Positions 1 through 11,900 of a stretch of 64,000 bases of DNA are shown piece after piece. This DNA is from Orbicella franksi. Its lineage: Eukaryota. Where the stretch lies: NCBI GenBank assembly GCA_964199315.1, contig OZ116705.1:5332001-5396000 (forward strand), read 5' to 3'. Position numbers and translations under genes: made by a program. Under the pieces are notes generated by a model. It ran no database searches. It was not told the origin of the DNA and was given only the letters and a program-made list of their open reading frames with translations. The number at the start of each line of letters is the position of its first letter. Positions within the stretch are counted from its first letter, which is position 1.

Positions 1-149
1 AACAGGTGTTCCAAACTAAGGCTTTATCTGAGGTCAACTCGTTCTTACTCTTGATATTCAATGGGCTTCAAATAAACATGGGTACAAATTTGTGATATTA
101 GATGATAAAAATAGCATCAACTGAAAACTTGAAAAAAAAAAAAAAAAAA

Positions 150-352
150 GAGTTCCAGATGGGATTTGAACCCACAACCCTCAATGATCTAGCCAGATGC
201 TCTAACCACAGAAATACTGAAGACTCTAAGGTGAGCAGGGGTGAAATAGTTGATAAAATTTGGTTTGCTCACCGTAGAGTCTCCTGTGCCTCAGCAGTTA
301 GAGTACCTGGCTAAATCAGGGAGGGTCGTGGGTTCAAATCCTATCAGGAACT
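150..352. mobile_element. Foldback element made of two inverted tRNA-derived arms
   Basis: 150-237 and 266-352 are reverse complements (about 80% by eye) with a 28-nt spacer. Each arm has a B box (GGTTCAAATCC) and is followed outward by a T run. Confidence 0.8.
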
Positions 353-969
353 CGGATTTTTTTTTTCCGAGTTTTCAGTTCTTGCTATTTCTATCATTTA
401 ATATTCCTTATATTACAAATTTGGAATTGTGTGAATAGGCCTTGCTTAGCATTTTTTAGTCTTCAGGAAATGGTTGGTTTAAGCCTGGTTTTCATATCTC
501 GCCCACCTGCCTGCGACACAGTCGCCAGTTGGAACTGACAACGTTTGGCGAACTGTTCCAGTGGGTCCCTGACACATCTTTCATGGATCGTTGAGGTACT
601 TAAATTGACATAACATGCACATTGAATTGCCACAATGTTCAACTATTCTACCTGTGAATATGGATCAAATTGTTGTTCTGGAGTATGTTGCCTCCGCAAG
701 TGATGGTCACATAAAATATCTTCATCGCTGACAACCACTGGCTTGCCTGCGAAGTTGAACTCAGCTGAACTCCGCAGGCAAACTGGTGGTCAATGCCTTG
801 GACAGATTATGATTTGGCAATAATTGTTCAGGTATGCTATAATGGTGTCCTAGGTATGTCGACTGTATGTGAGAACCAGGCTTAAAAGTGGGTGTTGTAA
901 GGGGGCAATTGAGTCAAGAGTTTAACAGCATTGCTAATTGACACTAATACACAACTGATTGTTTTCCAG

Positions 970-2982
970 GTGTCATGGGTGTGTCTTGTGTGCCAAAAGA
1001 AACAAGAAATGCTCACTAAGACTGGTAACTGGTTTGGATCAATAACTGCTAGTGAAAAAAAGCCAAACAATGACTCTGACTTAAAATTAGGTAGTGACTT
1101 TAGGGCAATCCCAACAGAAGAGGACAAACGAGCTATGAGGCGACAAGGTTCATTGCAAAGATCTGATTCTGGTAGGGGAAGCTTAAGGAGAGCAAAAGGG
1201 AGATCTGAAAAAGACTCTGAACGGAATCGCTTTCGTAGGCCATCAGTATCTGATGAGGAGGTTGATTCTCGTCATGAGACACCTCCTGGGAGTCCAACCT
1301 ACTTGAGTGATGATGAGTTGTACAGACAAGATGAAAATAAAGTGAGACGGAAAGTTGTAAAATTCAAGGGACATGATGAGCTAGATCATGCTCCCCAGGG
1401 TCGTCCTCCTGGAATGATGCCAAACATGAACAAAGCTGGTCCTGTCAACCAAGGGCCGGGAAGAGGAGTTGTAGCACCTGGTCAGGTTCCCAAAGTAAGA
1501 CCAGGACAACCTCAGCAGCAGGGACAAGGTATTCGGCCAGGCAGTGCACCTGGGACATCTCAGGGAAGGGGAATGCATGGTCCAGGGTCTCAGCCAGGAA
1601 TGCGCCCAAACTTTGCTCCTCAGCAGCAGGGTTCAAGTTTTACTCCAGTTGGACACCCAGGAACCCCTTCGTCCACCCGTGGGTCATTACCTGCACCACA
1701 GCAACAAGGTCCCAGGGGAGCTGTTGCTCTAAACCAACCCCGACCTGGTTTTGGGATGAGGGGTCCTCCAGGGCAGCAACAACCAAGATTTCAGACACCT
1801 TCACAACAAAATGCAATTGGATATGGAAGAGGTACACCTCCTGGTCAGATGGATGCAAAGCCTGGTTATGGTAGGGGAGGACCACCTGTTACCCAACCTG
1901 GTAATCAGCAAGTTCACAGGCCAGGGGGGCCAACAACTGCACCTTTACCAATGGACAACAGGCCAAGACAACCTGGAAGTTTTCCTCCAAATCATGTTGG
2001 TCATCCTCAACTAGGACCAGGTAGCCCACGACCTGGTGACCGTATTGGTCCTCAGCAAAGTCCAAGAACAGGTCCACCATCAGGAATGATGCAGATGGTC
2101 CCAAGGTTTGTTGGACAACCCCGCCCTGGCTTACCATTGGACCAGCAAGGAGGTCAGCATCAGCATCCAGGCCAGTTAGGTTCACCAAGGCAAAACCAAG
2201 TTCCAGATCAACCACTGGGACAGTCAGGGTCTCCTAGACAAGTATTTCCTGGAGACCAACAACCTAGGAGTCAAATGGGAGCACCCCGTGTAGGTCCTTC
2301 AGTTGACCAAGTAAGGGCTCCAATGGGCTCACAAAGGTTAGGTTCCCCAAGGAACCAGATGGGAGCACCTCACCAGGGTCCATTTCCAGATCAAGGAAGA
2401 GGACGTCTAGATACTTCAGCAGATCACACAAGAGGGCAAATGGGTCCAGCTTCACAAGATCCAAGAGTGGATCAAGGAAAAGCACCATACGGTATGCAAC
2501 AACAGGGCCGTCCTTTAGACCAACCAAGAGGACAATTTGGTCCTTCACAGCAAATACCTGTGATGGACCAAGGAAGTCCTCGAGTTGGTTCTGTTGATAA
2601 AGGGTTATTGTTAGATCAGTCAGGAAGGCAGCAGATGTCGGACACCAGAAATGGATATAGTCAAGACACTCATGGCACAGGCCCTCACAGGTCGTCAGAA
2701 CATAACGCTACAGGCACACAACAGCGGGTCGATGGCAGAAATGGCCAGATGCCGGATGCTTCAATGATGAATGGAAGGATGGGCCCCTCATTTCCCAGCA
2801 GACAAGAGAGACCTGAGCAAAGACCTGCTGGTGATAGTGATCAACATATCATGATGGGGCAGTCACAGAGACCACTGGACAGGCCAGCATTCCAAGGAGG
2901 ACAGTCTAGGTCTTATAATGAGGATAATGACGGCAGAAGAAGCCCTCCTAGAAGAATGTCCTTTGAAGAAGCTCAAGACAAG
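970..2982 (+). CDS. RIMS: RIM exon: end of Zn finger plus about 620 aa G/P/Q/R-rich low-complexity region
   Basis: Acceptor ttccag at 969, donor AAG|GTAGGT at 2983, phase 0. Lies inside ORF 931-3009. Confidence 0.9.
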
Positions 2983-5900
2983 GTAGGTGACTTACAAATC
3001 TTGATTTAACTTAGCAATAGAGTCTTTTATTACACTCCTTTTTGGTGGGAAAATTTGTCCTCAAATTAGGAACATTTGGAGCAATTCTTTCCCCAATTTT
3101 TCACGCCAGTTCAGTGAGGTTTATCTACGTGTCGATGTTGTTGCAAGTGACTGTGAATCTTTGTGACCAGGTGTAGTTTTACAGGTTTAAAAACTGAAAG
3201 ATACATAGAATATTATTTCAAGGTATTGTGCAGTGCAGATCATGCTGCGGGAATCCATATTATTATACAAGGCAATTATCTACAATTTTCTTTGCTTTGA
3301 TTTTTTACTCTTATAACTTTTGGACCAGAACTGTTTGTTAATACCCCTTAGTTTTTACATTGTAGCTGGTATTTGGAATTCAAGTATATTTCATCTGCTT
3401 TTTAGGTGATTGTCGATTTTGAATCATAATTAAAATAGCGCTGCTAGAAAAATAGTTCATAGTTAAACTTGTTAGCCTTCATGAGACTGAAGGAAATATG
3501 AAATCTGTGTTTTTATCAGAACTTTCAGATATTAGCAATTATGATTTTTTTTTAGTTGACAAGCAACTAACTTCGTTTTGGCATATGTTTTCTTATTTTC
3601 TGTTGGTATTTAAAATTTTCCATCATCACAACTGTCTGGTGGCAAAAATTCAGAAATGTACACTCTAGTTTTTAACTATTTCTTTACATGTACGTGTCTC
3701 CTGTAATAGCAAATTCTTGTTTCAATTGTGCTGAATTGTACACTGAGGGTAAATGGACATGATTATCAACTTGAACGGTGTACAGGCTAATGATGTTTTT
3801 GTAATTTATATTTCATCAAAATCGAGCCTACAGAATCGTGCATATTTAGTTATTTTATGAAATTGAAGAGTAAATTGGTGTTTTGTCAACAACAACAACA
3901 TTTATTCGCTCTTGTACTTTACAGCAATTTATACATATATAACTAACACACGCATACAAAAAAAGTACAAATATTGAACCTGAAGGCTAAATAACTGGGA
4001 AGTTTTTTAGTCAGAATTGTTTTGGAAAAGAAAAAAAAAAAGCGTTATATTGGAACAGGTAGTTTTGACATAATTGAACATATCATTTTTTGGAGTGTGT
4101 GTCAAATTTTCTACATCAAGAATATTGTTTTCGGAGAGTTGTGTCTTTCAAATAAACTAATTCTTCCCAATTCCTCATAATGTCATTGTGATAGTTTGTT
4201 TTGCAATTTGGCCCTTAAATTGCTTAGAAAGTTTGACTAAATTAAATCTCTTTTTGGTAATGAATATTTCATCTTTTGTGGGATTCTTATGTGATCATTT
4301 TGGCAGATGATGATAAAAATGTCTACACATGCAATTAAGTTGTTCTATAGAATTAAAATTCAAACTTGAACAGCATGAATTATTTACGACCTTCACTAGA
4401 ACTTCCTTCAGTTGGATGGCTGTGATTTCACTGTTTATTGGGGTTAATTTCATCTTTTTTTGAGAATGTTCCTGGTAGGAATGTTATAGCCTTTGGTTCA
4501 TTTGCTATAATTGTTGTCGTCTGTGATTCTATGCACAGCTGTTTGGACCAGTTTCATGTTTGAGGCAGATCTTTGTATCTTCATTTGACCTGGTGACTTT
4601 ATTTCCTCCCTTGTAGAGTAACTTGTTCTTTAAGGATGAACCTCCGTCCACGCAGGATCGAGGGTCTCTGGGTGACAGATTTGTTAGCGCTCTGTCCATC
4701 AAGAAGACCACTTCTCCTGTCTCGTCTTCCACTACTCCTTCAACTTCTTCTGTGACGCGTTCTACTGTCACTACTAGCTCTGTCAGCTCTGTCAGCTCTG
4801 TGAAGAAATCTGAAATAATTCCTGCTGTTGAGTCCAACACGGAGCCCTCACAGGTTTGGCGTTGACCTATTTGCTATTGGCAATATAGAAATTGCTAAAG
4901 GTTATCTTCCTAGGCATGAAATCTTTTTGGAGGTATGCTGATTGCTGATCGTGGAAAAAGCATTAGTAATTCTTTCATGTACGTGTAGTAATTTGCGACA
5001 TTCCTGCATTTCAAAGTCGTTTATTCTATTGGTTGTTTGCCTGTCAAGCGTATTAAAGTGGCTTTTAGTGTGTATATGTAGAATCTCGTGCGGTGTTTGT
5101 TATGTTCATGTATTAGATGAACGTAAAATAACTCTACACATTACACTGTATTTCAGTATGTATGTTTGTGTGTTGTGTGCTTGCTATCGTAACAACATAG
5201 AGTTTTTTGGAGAACCCCAGTCAAGGCCCTCTGTTTCCACACGGTGCGAAGATGCAAAAAGAGTAATCTTTACAACATGTTCTCAGTAGTAATGTTTTTT
5301 CTGATCTCTATCTCTAATGTCAAATTAATTGTCATTGACAAGTACTCTGTGTTTCTCTTCTTAAAAGCTGTTGTTTCCAGTGCTTTGTCATTGGATTAAA
5401 AAGTATGGTCACTGAATTCCAATCTCAGTTTTTATTTCACTGATGTGTGACTGTTTGCTGCATGAGTGCTAGCTGTTTGAATTCAATTCAGCACTGTAGC
5501 AGTTATCTGATCTCAAGCCCTCTTTGTCTTTGTTTTGGATGTACGCTAATATTCCTGAACTATCTTAAAAATCGTTACCTTTCGAGGATTATTCATGTTC
5601 CTCTAATCTATGAACATTATTTAAATTCTTGCTCGTACGCTAACTTGCTGAAGTTTGTCAGTAACTCTTAGTGGGCTAACAACACGGCTTCCACTGTAAG
5701 GGAAAAGTCAGGCTTTCTTTTGCTTTCCTTAAAAAAGGTTTTAAATCATGTCCGCGGAGGAAAAGGCTTTCACTTTTACTTTTGATTCAGTGGAAAGATA
5801 GGGACAGGATTTTTTTTCAGTTGCCTTCAAGCTTTGTAAACATTGATTTGGCACTTGGCACTGTTCTATTGCAAGATGTTCTTAGTGAATGAATGAATTA

Positions 5901-8900
5901 TGAGGTATCCTACAAATAAGAGAAGTTCCTTGCTCTTAAATTGTTGGTACATGTAAGGGAAGACACTTTGAGTTGTATCTACGGTTGTGGAACAAGGATA
6001 CTCTTTGCAAAACTCTTTCATCTCAGTCGATGTTCTTTGTTGATCGTGGTGATATGATTGTCTGGCACACCTGGATATTTGACCGTTGCGTGTACATGTT
6101 AAGTGTTGGATTGCTTTATCAAGTGTTAGCCTCCTATATTACTGTCTGTTCTGTGAAAGAGAAACTATCTATTTCCAGTTGATCCACTTTCACGCTGTAT
6201 AATATCAGTTTTTTTTTATCCAGGAGCTACGTCACGGTTGAAAAGTTTAGCCTTAATTTTTCAAGTTTGTTGTTTGTAATCCGTGTTAATCTTCTCCATT
6301 CTTAACCGTCCTTGTTCCTTTACGGTTTATTAATGTCTCTTCGGTGTTTTTCTATCATAGTAAACTACTATTTTCAGATTTCCTTCAATTTAAAGGTAAT
6401 TCTTTACAAGGCCAAAATAGCTGAAAATATCGTGACTGAGCTGCTTTACATAAATCAGGAGTCCTGTGAAAGTCCTATTGAGAAAACTGAGTTTCCGATA
6501 CATAGAAATTGCTTGTGATTGGGAAGCTAATATTCTGCCATTTGATTATTTCATGATTCTATCTGATCCATGATTTCACGTTTAATGTCAGAGAGACCTT
6601 GTAACTATAAATATTTAGATACATAAGACTTTAATATGACTTCAAATGACTTGAAGTTCAGTTACCGGTAAGTGAATGTTTACACAGTCTGTGCAGCATA
6701 TTTCACCGTTTTCAGGTCTTGAGTAGATACTCGCAAACTAGAGCGCTTGTTACTTAAGTGTCGAAAGTATCTATTCGCACTTTCTTTGGTTTTGCATTAC
6801 TACGTTTTGTGATTGGTTTAAAAGTCTCGCGCCACTTTGTCATCCAAACAGAAGTAAGCTAAGACCAAAACCAAGCGTGACTCGCTCGCGCACTTCTTCC
6901 CGCGCTCTGTGCCGGTAAGATGTATTCGGTTCGAGTCTTGATTGGTTTACTGGATTGCCTGTGTCCTTTGTCATTGGCTAGAGTGATTACTTTGATTTCG
7001 GTTTATCGACACTCAATTAAAAACTGCTCAACAACTATTGACGCAAACTCAACAATCCCAATTTATTTATTTGGACACTTCGGTGAGCTTTAAGCTTGAG
7101 TGCAACAGTCTTTGCCAACGCAGCTAGTGCAATCTTAGAACAAAAGAAATGCTTTGGGTGTGGTACTGCAGCTTCCCTTTAGTGTTGAAATTAATTAAAC
7201 ATCTGCTTTTTCACCTTTGGTTCCTTTATCAGAATGGTTTTAGTGAGATAGTCAATCACATAGTTTCTAACCTAGTGCGTATTGTTTTAAGCTAAAAGAT
7301 GCTTGTGCTTGTTTTGAGAAGTAGATCATTGACTTAAATGTCGACTACTATACTGAGTACGAAGTCTCTAGCAGCAGCCGGGTAGCTGCTGAGCTATAGC
7401 AAAATATGTCTTTCTATAGCTTACTTTATATACCTACAGACTGTCGTGTAAGTCTCCTCAGCGAAGTGAACAATTTCATTTTATTATTTTCAGACCTTTG
7501 TCAAGTGGTCTTCACCAGACGAGGACAACAAATGCCTAGGAGAAGTGCTTCTCACAATAGATCCCAAATGCAGAGGGTCATCTACTGGTAAAAACTGTTT
7601 ATTTTTCACTCTTGTTATTGGGATAATTAATATGTCACTGTGGGCCGGTCAGTCAATGCTACACTGCTTCCTCGTTTGGTTGTTCAAACTTTAATATATA
7701 GAGAGCTTGCATGCGGTGTCTGCGCCCGCAGTACGAGCGGCGGTCAAAACCGAGCTGTCCTACCGAAACGACACGATAATAGTCCTTTTCTTCACAGCTA
7801 ACAAAAGTAATGACAATGCTATAGTTGTCCTATTCCAATACTTAACTCGAGAAACTGGGTTTAACTTGACGAGGAACAACATGTTTTGTTTAAAATAACG
7901 CAACTATTATCCTACCTGGCGACACTCGACGAACTACGAGCGAGTTGCCGCGAGTTGCCGCGAGCGACCCATTTTTGGCGCAAGTTAAAAGCTTGGATAT
8001 GATATGGTTTTTGGAATTATAAATCCTTCTTCGTGAATATTCAATGCTGTCTCCAGTGAGAAAGGTTGCCTGATTTCAATGCCTTTCCTGTGTGGGAGGC
8101 GCGGTGGCCTCATGGTTAGTGCGCTCGTCTCCGGATCGAGCCGTCCGGGTTCTAGCCCTGGCCGGGGACATTGTGTTGTGTTCTTGGGCAAGCCACTTTA
8201 CTCTCACAGTGTCTCTCTCCACCCAGGTGTATAAATGGGTACCGGCGAACTTAATGCTGGGGATAACCCCTGCGATGGACTAGCATCCCATCCAGGGGGG
8301 GAGTAGAAATACTCCTAGTCGCTTCATGGGCCACTTGGCTCGCATGCAGACTTTACCTGTTAACATACATTGACGTCACTCAGGACAGTACAGCCTTTCC
8401 CGCCTGCTGAATCCCGATTGGTCAATTACATTTCGGGCGCGTCAGCCTTGTACTAAGGAATTCAATGACTTAACATCAAGGGTTTTGTTTATCACAGATC
8501 CTTACGCAGCTTATGGTCTGAAGGTGGTGGGTGGAAAGATGACTGATGATGGTAAACTAGGAGCCTTTGTTACTGAAATTAGAAAAGGTGGCCCCGCGGA
8601 CAGACAAGCACAGCTTCAAATAGGTATTTATTGGATTACACTTTGTGTCGCGCGAGAACCATCCTTATTATATAGAGACAAGTGTTTTACTGGAAAATAC
8701 ACCACTCGATAAATTCATAGGGAGGTAATGTGGCCGAGTGGTCAGGGCGCCGGACTTGAAATCCAGAGGTGGCGGGTTCAAGTCCCGCTCTAACCACTAA
8801 GCTGGAGTTGTTTCTTGTTAGACCCTCGTTCAACTCCTCGGTCAGCCAGTTGGGACTTCAAGCCTATTATGTTTGTTTAAAATATTTCTTTGTTTCAGTT

Positions 8901-11900
8901 TAAGTGGCGTGTCTGAGGACTAGCTAATTTGAACTAAGCGCATTTACCACTATAAACATTTAACATTTAACATCTTAACATACGAAACTACATCCGGGAC
9001 CCGAGTGGCGTATTTTTCATATCCTCAGTGGAGAAGATATCGATGACGTCACTTCCCGCTTTTTCAGCGTTGTTTTTGCTAACGGTCAGTTTGTCTATAT
9101 AATAAAAGGAAAATTACACGGTGGCTTGAAGATATTAGAAATTACAATGAGGTACCTGTCAAGAGCGTTTGCCTTTACGTCTACCATATTCAAAATCTTT
9201 GTAATTTAATTTTTGTGTTTTGATTCTCCAAAAGGGGGTGGCTAGCTACCCAATCCACGCCCTTTAAATCAGCCCCTGCAAGTTATTCATCTACTCGTTT
9301 CCTCTGTTCACGCATCACAAAGCAATGTGTAACTCATAAAGATATGATTGATTATCACAGTAAAACACACAAATTAAGCAGTTGTAATAACCTGAACAAA
9401 GTCAGGCTTGAACGGGATTCGAACCCATGACCTCTCCGATACCGGTGCAGTGCTCTGCCAACTGAGCTATCAAGCCAACTGGGAGCTGGTCACCTTGTGA
9501 GTTCGTAATATACCCGTAGATGATGAAGAATACTAGTGAATACATGAAAGGTCTTTCATATATTCACTTGCAATGTGGAACTCGTCATTTGCTGTATTAC
9601 ATGTAAGTTGCCTTGTTTGTATTTTGTTCAGGCGATGAAATTCAGGACTGGAATGAACAGTCCCTTGTTGACTGCACATTTGAAGAAGTGATGGAGAGCA
9701 TCAACTCATCAATGGAAGACAATCAAGACAGTAATGAACTCCATCTTATTGTGTGCAGAGATAAGTAAGTGTCACTTGGTTATTTTCTCACTTTTTTTAA
9801 GTGGTAGTCCTTGGAGTCAAACGTCTACAGTCAAGACCTAAACAAAACCGACAAACAGACCCAAACAGACCGACTTGATTTGACTAACAATAGACGGACC
9901 TCAGAAAGACCGACTAACAATTGACGGATCGAAACTTACTAGAACTGACCAATGACTGCTGAAAAACTTTACACGGGTCTTTCAGCCAATACCAGCATGG
10001 CTAATCTGACCAATCACTTTCAACGCACCAGACGTATAACATCATCGACAGACAAACACTATTCACCTGACTCTGAACATGACTTCCGCTTAGGTTGTCA
10101 AAACGTCCCGTAAGGTTGTCGAAACGTAGTCACCAACAACAGTTCTTTTCAGAACTACCCTCACCGGGACGATCACTCAACACAAACTAAGTCTTGGTAT
10201 TGTTAGGTAACTAAGCTGAAAAGCGCGAGTTCTTCGTGACGAGATAAGGATGTGTGTACAGACATTGTAACTTAGCTGTGCTCGTGGCTGTCACAGAAAC
10301 CAGTAGTTTGGGAGGCCAAGTCGTCAAGGTTTCCAAGTTGCCTAGGTTGCCTAGGATGGTTGGTGTTAATGGTAATTGTGGGCCTTTGTTTTCTCGGGTT
10401 TTTAATGGGACTGGTTTCTTAGGTTTTCCATCGCTGCTGGTACTAGCTTGGCTCAAACCAATTGCATTTTGCAATCATTGATTCTTTTTGCTGTTGCTCA
10501 GAAGCAAATACGGTTCTAAAATATAATGTCACACAATGATATCGTTTTGCAAGACAAGTTTTCGTCTTGCAAGTGGATATATGAAAGATCTTAAATTTGA
10601 ACTGCGGGGAAAGATGTACAAACACGTTGCATCTGCGATGGTCATTCATGTCCTTACAAGTTCTCGTCCTGTTGGTCTGTTTCTCTTAAAGACCATGTCC
10701 GCTTCTGTATTCAAATGCCAAATTTTATGCCAAATTTTGGGCTTTGCAATTCAATTTGTTTATCTGTATATAGTTCGACTGCATGATCGAAGAAGGATAA
10801 TACGTGTTATTCACTCCTGTTTTCAGGAGTAAATTTCTAGGGAAGACCAACCAGTCACCAGTGAAATCACCACGCGGACAGGAGGCCAAGAGAGAGTCTC
10901 CTAAACAGGTCCCCACGAGAGAGTCCCCTGTGAAAAGGGATCGCATGTCACCCTCCACTGCGCCCATGTCACATCAACAGGACAGAAGACCGCTGGACAG
11001 AAGGGACGAGGGCACAGCAACACTAACACAAAGAGACAGTGTCACAGCAACACCAGCACAGAGGGAGAATGGCCCTATGATGAGTGGGAGAAATCAGTCT
11101 TCATCATATGAACCAACAGGTTGGGTGCTGCAAAACTGAATTAAAAAAAAAACGAGAAGTAACGTTAGCCTCGCGTTCTGAATTTTGTTCACACTGCAAT
11201 TCATTTCCATCGCAGTGATCGCTAGCCATACCCACTATATAATGGTTGATGTGGTCCTGTCATTTGTCCAGTACTGTTCTACAAAATCACACCATTATTG
11301 TTGAGTTTCTTGTTAGCTCGTTTTCAAGTTTGCTCAAGTTGCAATCCATTTCCATCTTAGTAATTGTTGGTTCCTGTCATTTGTCGAGAATTGTAATTGT
11401 GGGTTCCTGTCATTTCTACCTACGAAATCAAACCATTACTGGTTGAGTACATGCTTTGAAGTTCGTCTAATCCTGCTAACAGTCGATGGTATATTTTGTT
11501 TTCACGGTATCTTCAGATAAGGAGTTGGTAGAATTTTTTTTGTATTTTATTTTTGTTTTCAGATGACGATTTTTTCTTTGGTGGTGGTCCTTTATCAGAT
11601 GACAAACCTATCAAGTCTGCCAAACAAGTCAGTACAGGACCAGGACAAGGAAAAGTATCAAGAGTAACTGGCCGACTACAGGTAACTTCGTCCCTTGAAA
11701 TAAATGATCATGTTCAATTGTTTCCCAAAACCCTTGTGAGACCCTCATCACAACTGACAAGTTTACTATATGACGAAGATTTGGCACTCAGACATGTCAA
11801 GTTTTCACAGGCCTATGGGCCTACAGGTTGCATGTTTGTGTAAAATTATTTTCCACTCACGTTATGTATGTGTGTGGTTACCACTAAGTTTGTGTAGCCG

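Noticed and set aside
1381-2548. Several antisense and alternative-frame ORFs over the large RIM exon
   Set aside because: Expected shadows of a stop-poor, low-complexity coding exon.
931-3009. 692-aa ORF as a stand-alone gene (collagen-, gluten- or extensin-like)
   Set aside because: It is bounded by splice sites, begins mid Zn finger and splices in frame into RIM. The TTG start is an artefact of the ORF caller.
6590-6673. Alternative first exon for a beta-RIM-like isoform (strong donor CG|GTAAGT at 6668)
   Set aside because: The upstream ATG frame ends in phase 2 but the next exon needs phase 0, and an internal exon here contains stops.
8720-8795. Functional tRNA-Ser(TGA) gene
   Set aside because: No long variable arm, poor acceptor stem, and it continues into a SINE body and tail.
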